Shown here: positions 1 to 9,868 of the stretch, piece after piece | Position numbering within the stretch: the stretch's first letter is position 1 | Layout: every line of letters begins with the position of its first letter | Assembly (NCBI GenBank): GCA_963775255.1 | Contig: CAVZIA010000018.1 | Location: 20,607-84,606 of the forward strand | From: an uncultured Thermoleophilia bacterium | Lineage (GTDB): Bacteria > Actinomycetota > Thermoleophilia > UBA2241 | DNA length: 64,000 nt | Direction: 5' to 3' | Translations under genes and position numbers: made by a program | Notes under the pieces: model-generated | What the model saw: only the letters and a program-made list of their open reading frames with translations | What the model was told of the DNA's origin: nothing | Database searches by the model: none

Positions 1-429
1 CTCAAGCCGGGCGGCAAGGCTCCGGTGCAGCCCGGCGCGCCGTTCGCGACCTGGCAGTTCTGGGCCGTCGTCGGCGGGCTGGTCGCCGCCCGCGTGTTCC
101 TGTTCTGGTGGGATTTCGTGCGCGGCGGCGAGGCGCACGTGATCCCGCCGGAGGCCACGGTCGCGGAGCCGCTCCGCCGCCTCTTCGTGCTGCAGTTCGG
201 CATCCTTGCCGGCGGCCTCGTCGTGTACTGGTTGTTCGACTCGGCCCTCGCGGGACTCGTCGTGCTGCTGCTGGCCAAGACGGCCGCGGACCTCGTGCTG
301 GCCGTCTTCGAGCGCCTGCGCGCGGCGCGCATCGCCGCGGCCGTGCAGGCCGGCGCCGCGCCGCGCGGCTCCGGTCTCAGCGGGCCGCAGAAGCGCGCCC
401 CGCGGGGCGGCCGCAAGCGCCGCCGATGA
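1..429 (+). CDS. hypothetical integral membrane protein, 3' part (frame open to window edge)
   Basis: Frame runs from nt 1 with no stop. It has hydrophobic helices (WQFWAVVGGLVAARVFLFWW, LFVLQFGILAGGLVVYWLF, LAGLVVLLLAK) followed by an Arg/Lys-rich tail. No family recognised. Confidence 0.4.
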   Translation, partial: LKPGGKAPVQPGAPFATWQFWAVVGGLVAARVFLFWWDFVRGGEAHVIPPEATVAEPLRRLFVLQFGILAGGLVVYWLFDSALAGLVVLLLAKTAADLVLAVFERLRAARIAAAVQAGAAPRGSGLSGPQKRAPRGGRKRRR

Positions 430-702
430 CCTGCCGCGCTCAGCTGCGCAAGGCCCGAGATCGCGGCGCCGGTTCTTGCCTCTGCAGCCCTGGGTGCTCT
501 ATGGTATCGGCATACCACCATGCGATATGCGGGGCGGCCACTCTCCGTCGCGACAGCGTGTCCAGCGCCGGCCGGCGCTCTTGACATCAGGTCCGCGCGG
601 CGTGATTGCTCCGCCGGTCTTCGTGGGTCTACGATTTGTCGGACCGTGGGAGCCATGCACGCCCTGCCGGGGCGTTGCTCGATCTGCGAGGGGGTGCGGG
701 GC

Positions 703-1089
703 GTGAGTGCACAAGAGCGCGAGACGGCCAACGTCGGTGCAGGGCTGTGGAAGGGCGTCGGCATGTGGGCCTGGATCCTCTTCCGGATCAGCGGGCTCGT
801 CCTCGCCGCCTACCTGTTCGTCCACATCTGGGTCATCTCGCAGGGCCGGGTCTCGGGGGCGTCCACGCTGAACAGCTTCTTCTCCACGTTCGACAAGCCG
901 TTCCTGGTGTTCCTCGACTCGGTGCTCGTGGCCGCTGTGCTGTACCACGCGCTCAACGGCGTGCGCATCCTGCTCATGGATCTGGGCATCGGCATCACGC
1001 GTCATAAGGCCGTCTTCTGGATCTGCATGCTGATCGCCGCTGCGGCGGTGTGGGGGTTCGCCTACAAGGCCATCCCCTTCATCTTCTAG
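703..1089 (+). CDS. sdhC: succinate dehydrogenase cytochrome b / membrane anchor subunit SdhC
   Basis: Three predicted TM helices and a His-containing motif (LYHALNGVRILLMD). Sits directly upstream of sdhD/A/B. GTG 703 follows GAGGGGG (688-694). ATG 655 is an alternative start. Confidence 0.75.
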   Translation: MSAQERETANVGAGLWKGVGMWAWILFRISGLVLAAYLFVHIWVISQGRVSGASTLNSFFSTFDKPFLVFLDSVLVAAVLYHALNGVRILLMDLGIGITRHKAVFWICMLIAAAAVWGFAYKAIPFIF

Positions 1090-1099
1090 GGAGGGGAAC

Positions 1100-1462
1100 G
1101 TGAGGACCGAGACACTCGATCGCAGCCGCGGCGGCATGTGGCCGTGGCTTGGCCAGCGGGTCACCGCCGCCGTCATCCTCGTCACCATCATGGTCCACCT
1201 GGTGCTGACGCACTACGTGGCCATCGGACAGCTCAGCTACGACAACATCGGCGAGCGGCTGGCCATCACGGCCGTGCTTGTCAACGACATCCTGCTGCTG
1301 CTCGCCGTCGTCTACCACGCACTCAACGGCGTGCGCATGGTCGTGCTCGACTACTGGTTCGAAGGGGCCGGCGCACGCCACGGGCTGGCCGCGTTCCTCT
1401 GGATCGTCGGCGTCGTCGCCGTCGTCTACGGCACCTGGGCCCTCTGGGTCTGGGTGAGCTGA
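1100..1462 (+). CDS. sdhD: succinate dehydrogenase membrane anchor subunit SdhD
   Basis: 120 aa with three TM helices. The paralogous motif VYHALNGVRMVVLD matches SdhC. Lies between sdhC and sdhA. GTG start follows GGGAGGGG. Confidence 0.75.
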   Translation: MRTETLDRSRGGMWPWLGQRVTAAVILVTIMVHLVLTHYVAIGQLSYDNIGERLAITAVLVNDILLLLAVVYHALNGVRMVVLDYWFEGAGARHGLAAFLWIVGVVAVVYGTWALWVWVS

Positions 1463-1472
1463 GGAGGAGCGG

Positions 1473-3179
1473 ATGCCACACCATCAGCTCATCGTGGTCG
1501 GCGGCGGGCTCGCGGGGCTCCGCGCCGCCGTGGAGGCCAAGGCGGCCGGCCTGGACGTGGCCGTTCTCAGCCAGGTCCACCCCGGTCGCAGCCACTCCAG
1601 CGCCGCGCAGGGCGGCATCAACGCGGCGCTCGCCAACCACCCGGACGCCCACGACGACACGCCCGAGAAGCACGCCTTCGACACCGTCAAGGGCTCCGAC
1701 TACCTCGCCGACCAGGACGCCGCCATCCAGATGACCAAGGACGCCCCCGGCGTCATCTTCGAGATGGACCACTGGGGCTGCCCGTTCAGCCGCCTCGACG
1801 ACGGGCGTATCGCCCAGCGGCCGTTCGGCGGCGCCGGGTATCCGCGCACCTGCTACGGCGCCGACAAGACCGGCCACTACCTGCTGCACACGCTGGTCGA
1901 GCGCGCTTACGAGCGCCGGGTCAAGATGTACATCGAGGTGTTCGTCACCTCTCTGATCGTCGACGACGGGCGCTGCCGCGGCGTCGTCGCCTACGACATG
2001 ATCAAAGGCGGGTTCCACGCGTTCACGGCCGACGCCGTGGTCATGGCCACGGGCGGCGCCGGCCGCATCTACGGCAACTCCACCAACGCCATCATCAGCA
2101 CCGGCGCCGGCGCGGCCATGGCCTATCAGGCCGGCGTGCCCGCGGAGGACATGGAGTTCATCCAGTTCCACCCCACGGGCCTGCTCACCACGCACATCCT
2201 CATGAGCGAGGCGTGCCGCGGCGAGGGGGGCTACCTCGTCAACGGCGAGGGCGAGCGCTTCATGGCCAAGTACGCGCCCAAGGCCATGGAGCTCGCTCCG
2301 CGCGACATCACCGCCCGCTCCATCACCACCGAGATCAACGAGGGCCGCGGCATCGGCGGCGGCGACTACGTGAACCTCGACCTGCGGCACCTCGGCGCCG
2401 AGAAGATCCTGGAGCGCCTGCCCGGCATCCGCGACATCGCCATCCACTTCCAGGGCGTGGATCCCATCGAGGAGCCCATCCCGATCAAGCCGGTGCAGCA
2501 CTACACCATGGGCGGCATCGACACCGACGTGGACGGGCGCACCGCGCTCCCGGGCTTCTACGCCGCCGGCGAGTGCGCCTGCGTGAGCGTCCACGGCGCC
2601 AACCGCCTCGGCGGCAACTCGCTGCTCGAGACCGTCGTCTTCGGACGCCGCGCCGGCATGGCCGTCGTGGCCGACCTCGAAGGCGCCGCGCCGGCGGGCG
2701 ATGCCGCGGCCACCGGCGCCGGCGCCGTCGCGGCCATGGAGTCGCGCGTCGGCGAGCTCGTCTCTCGCGGCAAGGCCGGCGCCGACCCCTATGCCATCCG
2801 CGCCGAGATGATCGCCACCACGCGCGACTACTTCGGCGTGTTCCGCGAGGACTCGGTCATGCGCACCGGGCTCGAGATCCTGCGCCGCCTCAAGGAGCGC
2901 TGCGGCCAGATCGGGCTGCGCAACGCCGGCGGCGTGTTCAACCTCGACCTCATGCGCACGCTCGAGCTCGAGGGCATGGTCGACCTCAGTCTCTGCATCG
3001 CCGAGGGCGCGCTCGCGCGCACCGAGTCGCGCGGCTCGCACTCGCGCACCGACCATCCGGCACGGGACGACGAGAAGTGGCTCGTGCACACCCTCGCTTA
3101 TCACACCCCCGAGGGCCCGCGGCTCGAGTACAGGCCCGTCACCCTCGGTCCCTTCGAGCCACAGGAGCGGAAGTACTGA
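1473..3179 (+). CDS. sdhA: succinate dehydrogenase / fumarate reductase flavoprotein subunit
   Basis: N-terminal FAD fold (VVGGGLAGLRAA), covalent-FAD histidine motif (RSHSSAAQGGINAA) and full-length SdhA/FrdA-like sequence. RBS GAGGAGGAG lies upstream. Confidence 0.95.
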   Translation: MPHHQLIVVGGGLAGLRAAVEAKAAGLDVAVLSQVHPGRSHSSAAQGGINAALANHPDAHDDTPEKHAFDTVKGSDYLADQDAAIQMTKDAPGVIFEMDHWGCPFSRLDDGRIAQRPFGGAGYPRTCYGADKTGHYLLHTLVERAYERRVKMYIEVFVTSLIVDDGRCRGVVAYDMIKGGFHAFTADAVVMATGGAGRIYGNSTNAIISTGAGAAMAYQAGVPAEDMEFIQFHPTGLLTTHILMSEACRGEGGYLVNGEGERFMAKYAPKAMELAPRDITARSITTEINEGRGIGGGDYVNLDLRHLGAEKILERLPGIRDIAIHFQGVDPIEEPIPIKPVQHYTMGGIDTDVDGRTALPGFYAAGECACVSVHGANRLGGNSLLETVVFGRRAGMAVVADLEGAAPAGDAAATGAGAVAAMESRVGELVSRGKAGADPYAIRAEMIATTRDYFGVFREDSVMRTGLEILRRLKERCGQIGLRNAGGVFNLDLMRTLELEGMVDLSLCIAEGALARTESRGSHSRTDHPARDDEKWLVHTLAYHTPEGPRLEYRPVTLGPFEPQERKY

Positions 3180-3904
3180 TGCGGACCGTCACTTTCCACA
3201 TCAAGCGCTACGACCCGGCCCGCGACGAGAAGGGTTCCTCGCGCGTCCAGGCGTTCGAGATCCCCTACGAGACCAGCCTCACGGTGCTCGAGGGCCTCTT
3301 CTACATCCAGGAGGAGCTGGACGGGTCGCTCGCGTTCCGGTACTGCTGCCGCGCGTCCATCTGCGGGTCGTGCGCCATGTACATCAACGGCCGGTACCGT
3401 CTGGCCTGCCAGACCAACGTCTTGCACCTGCACACCGACGAGGTCCACATCGAGCCGCTGCCGCACATGCCGCTGGTCAAGGACCTGGTCTGCGATATGG
3501 ACGACTTCTTCGCCAAGTACGAGTACATCGAGCCGTGGCTCATCCGCAACAGCCAGGAGCCGGCGAAGGAGATCCTGCAAGCGCCGGCCGACCGCCACAA
3601 GCTCAACATGCCCATCGACTGCATCCTCTGCGGCGCCTGCTACAGCAGCTGCCCGTCGGTGTGGTCCGAGGACAACTACCTGGGCCCGGCGGCGCTGCTC
3701 AAGGCGTACCGGTTCGAGGTCGACTCCCGCGACGAGGCCAGAAAAGAACGTCTGCCGAAGTGGGACAACGAGCGCGGGGCGTACCGCTGTCACACCATCA
3801 CGAACTGCATCGAGGCGTGCCCGAAGGAGCTGAACCCTACGGAGGGCATCCAGTGGCTCAAGATGGCGGCCGTGCGCCGCAGGCTCTTCGGCCGCGCCAA
3901 GTGA
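3179..3904 (+). CDS. sdhB: succinate dehydrogenase iron-sulfur subunit
   Basis: 2Fe-2S motif CRASICGSCAM and Cys clusters CILCGACYSSCP and CHTITNCIEACP. The ATG overlaps the sdhA stop (TGATG). Confidence 0.95.
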   Translation: MRTVTFHIKRYDPARDEKGSSRVQAFEIPYETSLTVLEGLFYIQEELDGSLAFRYCCRASICGSCAMYINGRYRLACQTNVLHLHTDEVHIEPLPHMPLVKDLVCDMDDFFAKYEYIEPWLIRNSQEPAKEILQAPADRHKLNMPIDCILCGACYSSCPSVWSEDNYLGPAALLKAYRFEVDSRDEARKERLPKWDNERGAYRCHTITNCIEACPKELNPTEGIQWLKMAAVRRRLFGRAK

Positions 3905-3905
3905 C

Positions 3906-3937
3906 GCGCCGCGCCGTCGCGTGAGCGGGCGCGGCGG
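3906..3937. terminator. GC-rich hairpin between convergent sdhB and the EamA gene
   Basis: Inverted repeat gcgccgcgcc / ggcgcggcg with a ~12-nt loop in the 36-bp convergent gap. No U-tract. Confidence 0.4.
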
Positions 3938-3940
3938 CGG

Positions 3941-5029
3941 TCAGCGGAGGCCGTCGAGGGTGGCGACGAGCACCCCGATCACGGTGACCACGGCGGCGAG
4001 CGTCAGGCGCAAGCCCGGACGCTCCCGCAGGAAGACCACGCCGAAGACGATGGAGAAGACCGGCGTCGTCGCCATGATCAGCATCGCGAGCACCGGCCCC
4101 AGCGCGACGATGGTGAGGTAGAAGAGCACGCTCACCATCGCCTCGAGCAGGCCGGCGAGCATGATGAGCCAGAAGGCCTTGCGGCGCGCCGCCGGCGTCA
4201 GCGGGTGCGCCGCCAGCGCCGTCCGGCGCCACAGCAGGATCGCTCCAAGCATGACCGCGCCGCACACCTGGCTGAGGATCATCATGGTCGCCGTTACGCG
4301 GCCATAGGCGCCGGCGGCCAGGTCGATGAGCACCGGGCCGAGGCCCCAGCCGGCGGCCGTGAGCACGGCGAGGCCGATCAGCCTCACCTTCGCGCCGGCC
4401 GCGGCGTCGCGACCGCCGGCCGCGCCGTTGGGAGCCTCCGCCGCGGAGCCGGCGGCGCCGGCAGGGGCGGGGCCCGGCTCGTCCGGCAGCACCTCGCCGT
4501 GCGCGGCGCCCGCCAGCGCCGCCGCGCCGGTGAGTTCCGCGCCGGGAACATCTTCGCCGTCGTCCATCCAGCGCGAGATGAGGACGACGCCGGCCATCGT
4601 CAGCGCCATGCCGGCGATGGTCGTCGCCCCGAAGGCCGTGCCGACGATGACCCAGGCGAAGAACGCCGTCCAGATCGGGTCGGTGCTGGTGATGGGCGCG
4701 ATGACCGCCACCCGTTCGCCGCGCAGCGCGAAGTAGTACGCGTTGAACGCTACGACCCACGTGCCCACGGCCGCCAGAGCGATCCAGCCGGCGGCCGCGG
4801 CGTTGATGCCGAATCCGTTGCTCCAGAGGTGGAACACCGTGAGCGGGACGGTGATGGCCAGCAGCCCGCCGACGGCCACCAGGCGGATGAAAAAGTTGAC
4901 CGCGACCGGCGTCACAGACTCAAGGATCTTCTTGTTGACGACGACCACCAGCGCCCACAGCGCGGTCATGACGAAGGCGGCGACGATCCAGAGTGCGTAC
5001 GTGCTCGTGGTGGCTCCCCCCGGGCTCAC
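3941..5029 (-). CDS. EamA/DMT-family transporter
   Basis: About 10 TM helices arranged as two EamA-like halves, separated by an Ala/Gly/Pro-rich loop. GTG 5029 chosen; the 541-aa ORF upstream of it is Arg/Gly-rich junk. Confidence 0.75.
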   Translation of the reverse strand: MSPGGATTSTYALWIVAAFVMTALWALVVVVNKKILESVTPVAVNFFIRLVAVGGLLAITVPLTVFHLWSNGFGINAAAAGWIALAAVGTWVVAFNAYYFALRGERVAVIAPITSTDPIWTAFFAWVIVGTAFGATTIAGMALTMAGVVLISRWMDDGEDVPGAELTGAAALAGAAHGEVLPDEPGPAPAGAAGSAAEAPNGAAGGRDAAAGAKVRLIGLAVLTAAGWGLGPVLIDLAAGAYGRVTATMMILSQVCGAVMLGAILLWRRTALAAHPLTPAARRKAFWLIMLAGLLEAMVSVLFYLTIVALGPVLAMLIMATTPVFSIVFGVVFLRERPGLRLTLAAVVTVIGVLVATLDGLR

Positions 5030-5104
5030 GGCCAGTCTATCGTCCTCGCAGGTATACTTCCGACAACGAAGGCATCCCTGCGCGCGGCGCAGAGTGGAGG
5101 GCAC

Positions 5105-5641
5105 ATGAAGACGTCTGTGGGCAAGACCAAGCTCGAGATCGCCAGCGGCGACATCACCCGGCTCGAGGTGGACGCGATCGTCGCGCCGGCCTCCACCGAA
5201 CTGTGGATGGACCACGGGGTCGCCGCGGCCATCAAGCGCGCCGGCGGCGACGCCGTCGAGAAAGAGGCGGTGCTGCAGGGGCCCATCAAGGTCGGCGAAG
5301 CCGTCATCACGACGGGCCATGACCTCACCGCCCGCTGGGTCATCCACACCGCGCTCGCCGAGGGCGGGCCCACGGCCGACGCGGCCGCCGTCGCGGCCGC
5401 CACGCGGTCCGCCTTGGCCGCCGCGGAGCGTGCCCACTCCCGCTCCGTCGCGCTGCCTGCGTTCGGCACGGGAGCGTGCGCGTTCCCGCTGTACCAGTGC
5501 TCCAGCATCATGGTCACCGAGACCGTCGCGTATCTCAAGGAGCATCCCAACACCGCGCTGCGGCACGTCATGTTCGCGGTCTACGACGACGCGGCCCGGG
5601 CGGCGTTCAAGAACGCCATGGCCGGCATCACCCGCTTCTAG
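5105..5641 (+). CDS. macro-domain (ADP-ribose binding/processing) protein
   Basis: GDITRLEVDAIV ... HGVAAAIKRAGG ... SVALPAFGTGACAFP is the macro-domain layout. ATG is preceded by GGAGGG. Confidence 0.8.
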   Translation: MKTSVGKTKLEIASGDITRLEVDAIVAPASTELWMDHGVAAAIKRAGGDAVEKEAVLQGPIKVGEAVITTGHDLTARWVIHTALAEGGPTADAAAVAAATRSALAAAERAHSRSVALPAFGTGACAFPLYQCSSIMVTETVAYLKEHPNTALRHVMFAVYDDAARAAFKNAMAGITRF

Positions 5642-5667
5642 CCGGTCGGGGCCGGCGCCGCTCGGTC

Positions 5668-7260
5668 ATGGTCCACGCTGCACTCGTGGGGACGGCGGCC
5701 GGCACCGAGCAGGCGCTGATCTTCCTCCTCATCATCGCCGCCGCCGTCGCGGTCGTCGCGCGGCGCGTGGGCGTGCCATACGTCATCGGACTCGTTCTCG
5801 TCGGGCTGGTCATCGGCCTGACGATGCACTGGACGACGCTGCGCCTGTCGTCCGATCTGGTCTTCTACGTCTTTCTGCCCATCCTGCTCTTCGAGGCGGG
5901 TTACAACCTCGAGGCAACGCTGCTGCGGGACCAGTGGCGACGCATCGCGGTGCTGGCGCTGCCGGGGGTGTTCGTCGCATTCGCGCTCACCGCCGCGGGA
6001 GTGCACCTCCTGGGCGGCCTGGCCTGGGGTGTCGCCCTGCTCTTCGGCGCGCTCATCGCCGCCACCGACCCGGTGAGCGTCGTGGCGCTGTTCCGCAAGC
6101 TCGGCGTCTCCGAGCGCCTCACCACACTGGTCGACGCCGAGAGCCTGTTCAACGACGGCGCGGCCGCCGTGCTCTTCGCCGTCGTCGCCGCGGTCGTCGT
6201 GGACGGCCGTGACTTCTCGGCCGGCTGGGCCGTCGGGCAGTTCCTCTGGATGTCGCTCGGCGGCGTGCTCGTGGGCCTCGCCGTCGGGTACGGCGCCTCG
6301 TGGATCCACCGGCGCATCGACGACCACATCATCGAGATCACGCTCTCGACCATCGTCGCCTACGGGTCGTTCCTGCTCGCGCAGCAGTTCGGGATGTCGG
6401 GCGTGGTGGCGTGCGTGACGGCGGCGATCGTGCTCGGCAACCTCGGCCGCCGCCGCACGATGAGCGCCATCACCCGCGTGACCCTCACGACTGTGTGGGA
6501 CTACGCGGCGTTCGTCGCCAACTCCCTGATCTTCCTCCTCATCGGCCTGAGCGTGAATCTGGACGTCATCGTCAGCCACGTGGGGACGGTGCTCATCTCC
6601 TTCGCCGTCGTGCTCGCGGCGCGGGCGGTGACCGTGTACGGGTTCGGGCTGATCGCGCGCGTGTTCCACGCCGGCCCTCCGCTCGGCTGGCAGCATGTAC
6701 TGGTGTGGGGAGGGCTGCGCGGCACCATCGCGCTGGCGCTGGTGCTCAGCGTCCCGGCGGCGCTCGCCGGCCGGGAGGATCTCGTCACCGTCACCTTCGG
6801 TGTGGTGCTGCTCTCGCTGCTGGTGCAGGGACTCACCATCCCGTGGGTCACCCGGCGGCTTGGCCTCACGGGCAAGGCGGGTACCGCGGATGAGCGGCAG
6901 CGGGAGGTCGTGCTCGACGGCTTCGTGCGCGCGCACGAGGAGCTGGAGAGGCTCGAACAGGCCGGGGTGGTCGGGCCGGTCGAACGCCGGCACGTGGAGC
7001 GGGCCATCGACGCCGGAGAGGGGAGCGTGCTGGAGGCCCTGCCGCCTCTGGAGGAAGAGCCCGAGGAGGGCGGGGACGAGAGGCTCGTCGAACGGATCGG
7101 CGAGCTGGTGGCGCAGCGTCGCAGTCTGCAAGCGCTGCGCGTGGGCGGCGCGGTGACGGCGGCGGCCGCAGCGCCGCTGGCCGAGGACATTGAAAGCCGC
7201 ATCGCCGTGCTCGCCGGGCGGCTTGGAGCGGCCGCTTCGGTCGCGGGCCGGTCTTCATAG
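5668..7260 (+). CDS. Na+/H+ antiporter, CPA1 (NhaP-type) family
   Basis: Multi-TM N-terminal domain (FLPILLFEAGYNL, ATDPVSVVALF) typical of Na_H_Exchanger proteins, followed by a soluble acidic C-terminal tail. Confidence 0.85.
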   Translation: MVHAALVGTAAGTEQALIFLLIIAAAVAVVARRVGVPYVIGLVLVGLVIGLTMHWTTLRLSSDLVFYVFLPILLFEAGYNLEATLLRDQWRRIAVLALPGVFVAFALTAAGVHLLGGLAWGVALLFGALIAATDPVSVVALFRKLGVSERLTTLVDAESLFNDGAAAVLFAVVAAVVVDGRDFSAGWAVGQFLWMSLGGVLVGLAVGYGASWIHRRIDDHIIEITLSTIVAYGSFLLAQQFGMSGVVACVTAAIVLGNLGRRRTMSAITRVTLTTVWDYAAFVANSLIFLLIGLSVNLDVIVSHVGTVLISFAVVLAARAVTVYGFGLIARVFHAGPPLGWQHVLVWGGLRGTIALALVLSVPAALAGREDLVTVTFGVVLLSLLVQGLTIPWVTRRLGLTGKAGTADERQREVVLDGFVRAHEELERLEQAGVVGPVERRHVERAIDAGEGSVLEALPPLEEEPEEGGDERLVERIGELVAQRRSLQALRVGGAVTAAAAAPLAEDIESRIAVLAGRLGAAASVAGRSS

Positions 7261-7275
7261 CCCCGGAGTGGGTAG

Positions 7276-8595
7276 GTGAAGGGCGGAAGGGGTCCCCGGC
7301 CGGAGGTGTCTGTGAACGAAGTCGTCGCCATCGCGGTGTTTGTCGTCAGTCTGGGGCTGGTGTTTGCGGAGTGGGTGCACCGAGCCGTGGCCGCGGTGGC
7401 CGGCGCGATGGTCATGCTGGTCGTCGGCCTCATCTTCGGCTTCTACACTGAGGCCCAGGCGCTCCGCGCCATCGACTTCACGACGATCGGCCTCCTCCTC
7501 GGGATGATGATCCTCGTCGCGCTGCTCGAGCCGACGGGGTTCTTCAAGTATGTGGCCCTGCGCGCCGCCCGGCTCTCTCGCGGGCGGCCGTACCTCCTGT
7601 TCCTCCTGCTGGGGGTCGTCACCACCATCCTGTCCATGTTCCTCGACAACGTGACGACCATCGTCGTCATCGCGCCGGCGACGCTGGTGATCGCGAGGGT
7701 GCTGAGCCTGCCCGCGGCGCCGCTGCTGATGGCCGAGGCCATGCTCTCCAACGTCGGCGGTGTCGCCACGCTCATCGGTGACCCTCCGAACATCCTCATC
7801 GCGTCGGCGGCCGGCCTGACCTTCGTGGACTTCCTCGCACACGCGTTTCCGGTGATCGTCGTCGCCTGGGCCGCCGCCACAGCGTTGCTCCTGTGGCGGC
7901 TTCGCGACCAGCTCGGCGGCGACCCGGACGCCGACCGCGACGTCACCGGGCTGCACCCGTCGGATGCTCTCAAACGACCTCGCGAGGCGTGGACCCTGCT
8001 TTCCGTGCTGGCGGTCACCGGTGTCCTCTTCCTCCTGCAGGAGCCCCTGGGCGTGAGCGCCGCGGTGATCGCCGTCGGCGGCGCCGGCCTCGGCATGGTG
8101 CTCGTGCGTCCGGACCTCGAGGAGACGCTCCGTCACGTGGAGTGGAGCGTGCTCATCTTCTTCTCGGCGCTGTTCGTGCTGGTGGGCGGGCTCGAAGCCG
8201 CCGGCGTGCTCGAGCAGCTCGCCCGCGCCCTCAGCGCCGTGGGCGCCGTGCACCCGGCCCTGCTCGGCGTCATCATCATCTGGAGCGTCGCCCTGCTCTC
8301 CGCCGTGGTCGACAACGTGCCCATGACGATCGCGGTGATCCCTGTGCTCACCGGTCTCGGGGCGTCCGGTGTGGACATAGAGCCCCTCTGGTGGGCGCTT
8401 GCCTTCGGGGCCGGCCTGGGCGGCAACGGCACCGTCGTGGGCGCCACCGCGAACATCGTGAGCCTGACCCACGCGGAGCGGGCCGGCACGCCCATCTCGC
8501 CGGCGGCCTGGGCGCGGCAGGGGCTGCCGGTCATGGCTCTGACCTGCACGGTGGCCAGCGTCGGCTATGTGGTCCTGGCGACCACCGTCTGGTGA
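7276..8595 (+). CDS. ArsB/NhaD-superfamily (CitMHS-like) permease
   Basis: Polytopic membrane protein with ILSMFLDNVTTIVVIAP and SAVVDNVPMTIAVIP repeats typical of the ArsB/NhaD permease fold. GTG 7312, after GGAGG, is an alternative start. Confidence 0.75.
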   Translation: MKGGRGPRPEVSVNEVVAIAVFVVSLGLVFAEWVHRAVAAVAGAMVMLVVGLIFGFYTEAQALRAIDFTTIGLLLGMMILVALLEPTGFFKYVALRAARLSRGRPYLLFLLLGVVTTILSMFLDNVTTIVVIAPATLVIARVLSLPAAPLLMAEAMLSNVGGVATLIGDPPNILIASAAGLTFVDFLAHAFPVIVVAWAAATALLLWRLRDQLGGDPDADRDVTGLHPSDALKRPREAWTLLSVLAVTGVLFLLQEPLGVSAAVIAVGGAGLGMVLVRPDLEETLRHVEWSVLIFFSALFVLVGGLEAAGVLEQLARALSAVGAVHPALLGVIIIWSVALLSAVVDNVPMTIAVIPVLTGLGASGVDIEPLWWALAFGAGLGGNGTVVGATANIVSLTHAERAGTPISPAAWARQGLPVMALTCTVASVGYVVLATTVW

Positions 8596-8626
8596 CCCAT
8601 GCGCGCGACCCCCGTGCGTCCCCCGC

Positions 8627-9808
8627 TCAGCAATTCTCGCCGGGCATGCAGACCGTGGCCTCGGTGTCTTTGCCGAACACGGCCTTGATAAGGAACGGGG
8701 CCAGGATGGTCGTCGCCAGCACCATGCCGAGGATGGCGGCGTAGACGTCGTCGCCGATCGCGCCCTCGGCGAGCGCGAACCCGGCGACCACGATGCCCAC
8801 CTCGCCGCGCGGCGTCATGCCTACGCCGACCTCGCGCGCTACCTGGGCGCCCTCGTTGCGTGCGCCGAGCCACCCGCCCGCGATCTTGGTCACGACGGCC
8901 AAGGCTGTGAAGACGGCGATCGCCAGCAGCACGGGCGGCTTGGCGAACGCGCCGAAGTCGAGGTACGTGCCCATCAGCACGAAGAAGAACGGCGTGAAGA
9001 ACCAGGCCAGCGGCTCGAACCGCTGCACGATGCCCGTGTGCTGCTTGAGCTCGCTCATGGTCAGGCCGGCGATGAACGCGCCGACGATCGCCGCCAGCCC
9101 GATGTAGTCGGCGAGCAGCGAGAGCGCCAGCGTGAGGACCACGCCGATCTCGAAGAGGATCGAGACGTTCAGGTCCTTGAGCCAGTCGCGCAGGCGGACG
9201 ACGAGGCGAGGGCCGAAGAAGCCGAACAGGCCGACGTAGGCGATGGCCTCGACGATCAGGAGCACCAGGTTGAAGACGTCGACGGTGCCGCTGGTGGCGC
9301 CGCTGACGACGACGAGCACGATGAGTCCGAGCACGTCGTCGAGCACCGCGGCGGCGAGGATGATGCGCACCGCGCGGCGCTCCGAGTGTCCCAGCTCGCG
9401 GAGCGCCCGCACGGTGATGCCGACGGAGGTGGCGGTGAGCGCCGTCGCCATGAACAGCGCGGAGCTGGAGCCCCAGCCGAAGAGGAGCCCCACGAGGGCG
9501 CCGCCGACGAACGGCAGCACCGCGCCGAGCACGGCGACCTTGACCGCCGCGGCGCGCGTCTCCATGAGCTCGTCCATATGCGTCTCGAGCCCGGCCATGA
9601 AGAGCAGCATGATGACGCCCAGCTCGGCCATGGCGTCCATGACCTCGCTCGTGTGGATCAGGTTGAGGAGTTGCGGGCCGAGGATGGCGCCGGCGAGCAG
9701 TTCGCCGACGACGACCGGGAGCTTGAGCCGCGCGAAGACGTGGCCGAGGAGGCGTGCGCCGGCGAACGCGAGGAACAACATGAGCAGCGCGCTGGCGTGG
9801 CCCGACAT
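8627..9808 (-). CDS. cation:proton antiporter, CPA2 (Kef/NapA-like) family
   Basis: 393 aa, about 12 TM, with motifs LPVVVGELLAGAILGP and LLFMAGLE. Starts at ATG 9808. The rest of the 676-aa ORF is antisense noise. Confidence 0.85.
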   Translation of the reverse strand: MSGHASALLMLFLAFAGARLLGHVFARLKLPVVVGELLAGAILGPQLLNLIHTSEVMDAMAELGVIMLLFMAGLETHMDELMETRAAAVKVAVLGAVLPFVGGALVGLLFGWGSSSALFMATALTATSVGITVRALRELGHSERRAVRIILAAAVLDDVLGLIVLVVVSGATSGTVDVFNLVLLIVEAIAYVGLFGFFGPRLVVRLRDWLKDLNVSILFEIGVVLTLALSLLADYIGLAAIVGAFIAGLTMSELKQHTGIVQRFEPLAWFFTPFFFVLMGTYLDFGAFAKPPVLLAIAVFTALAVVTKIAGGWLGARNEGAQVAREVGVGMTPRGEVGIVVAGFALAEGAIGDDVYAAILGMVLATTILAPFLIKAVFGKDTEATVCMPGENC

Positions 9809-9868
9809 GGGCGGCCCCCCTGGGGTCGTTGGCGGTATCCTTCTACCACAGAGTTCGGAGGAGGACAC

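Noticed and set aside
581-586. Perfect -35 hexamer TTGACA upstream of sdhC
   Set aside because: No acceptable -10 lies at 16-18 bp; the best candidate is GATTGC. A weaker TTGCTC (606-611) / TACGAT (630-635) pair with an 18-bp spacer is an alternative. Neither is strong enough to report as a feature.
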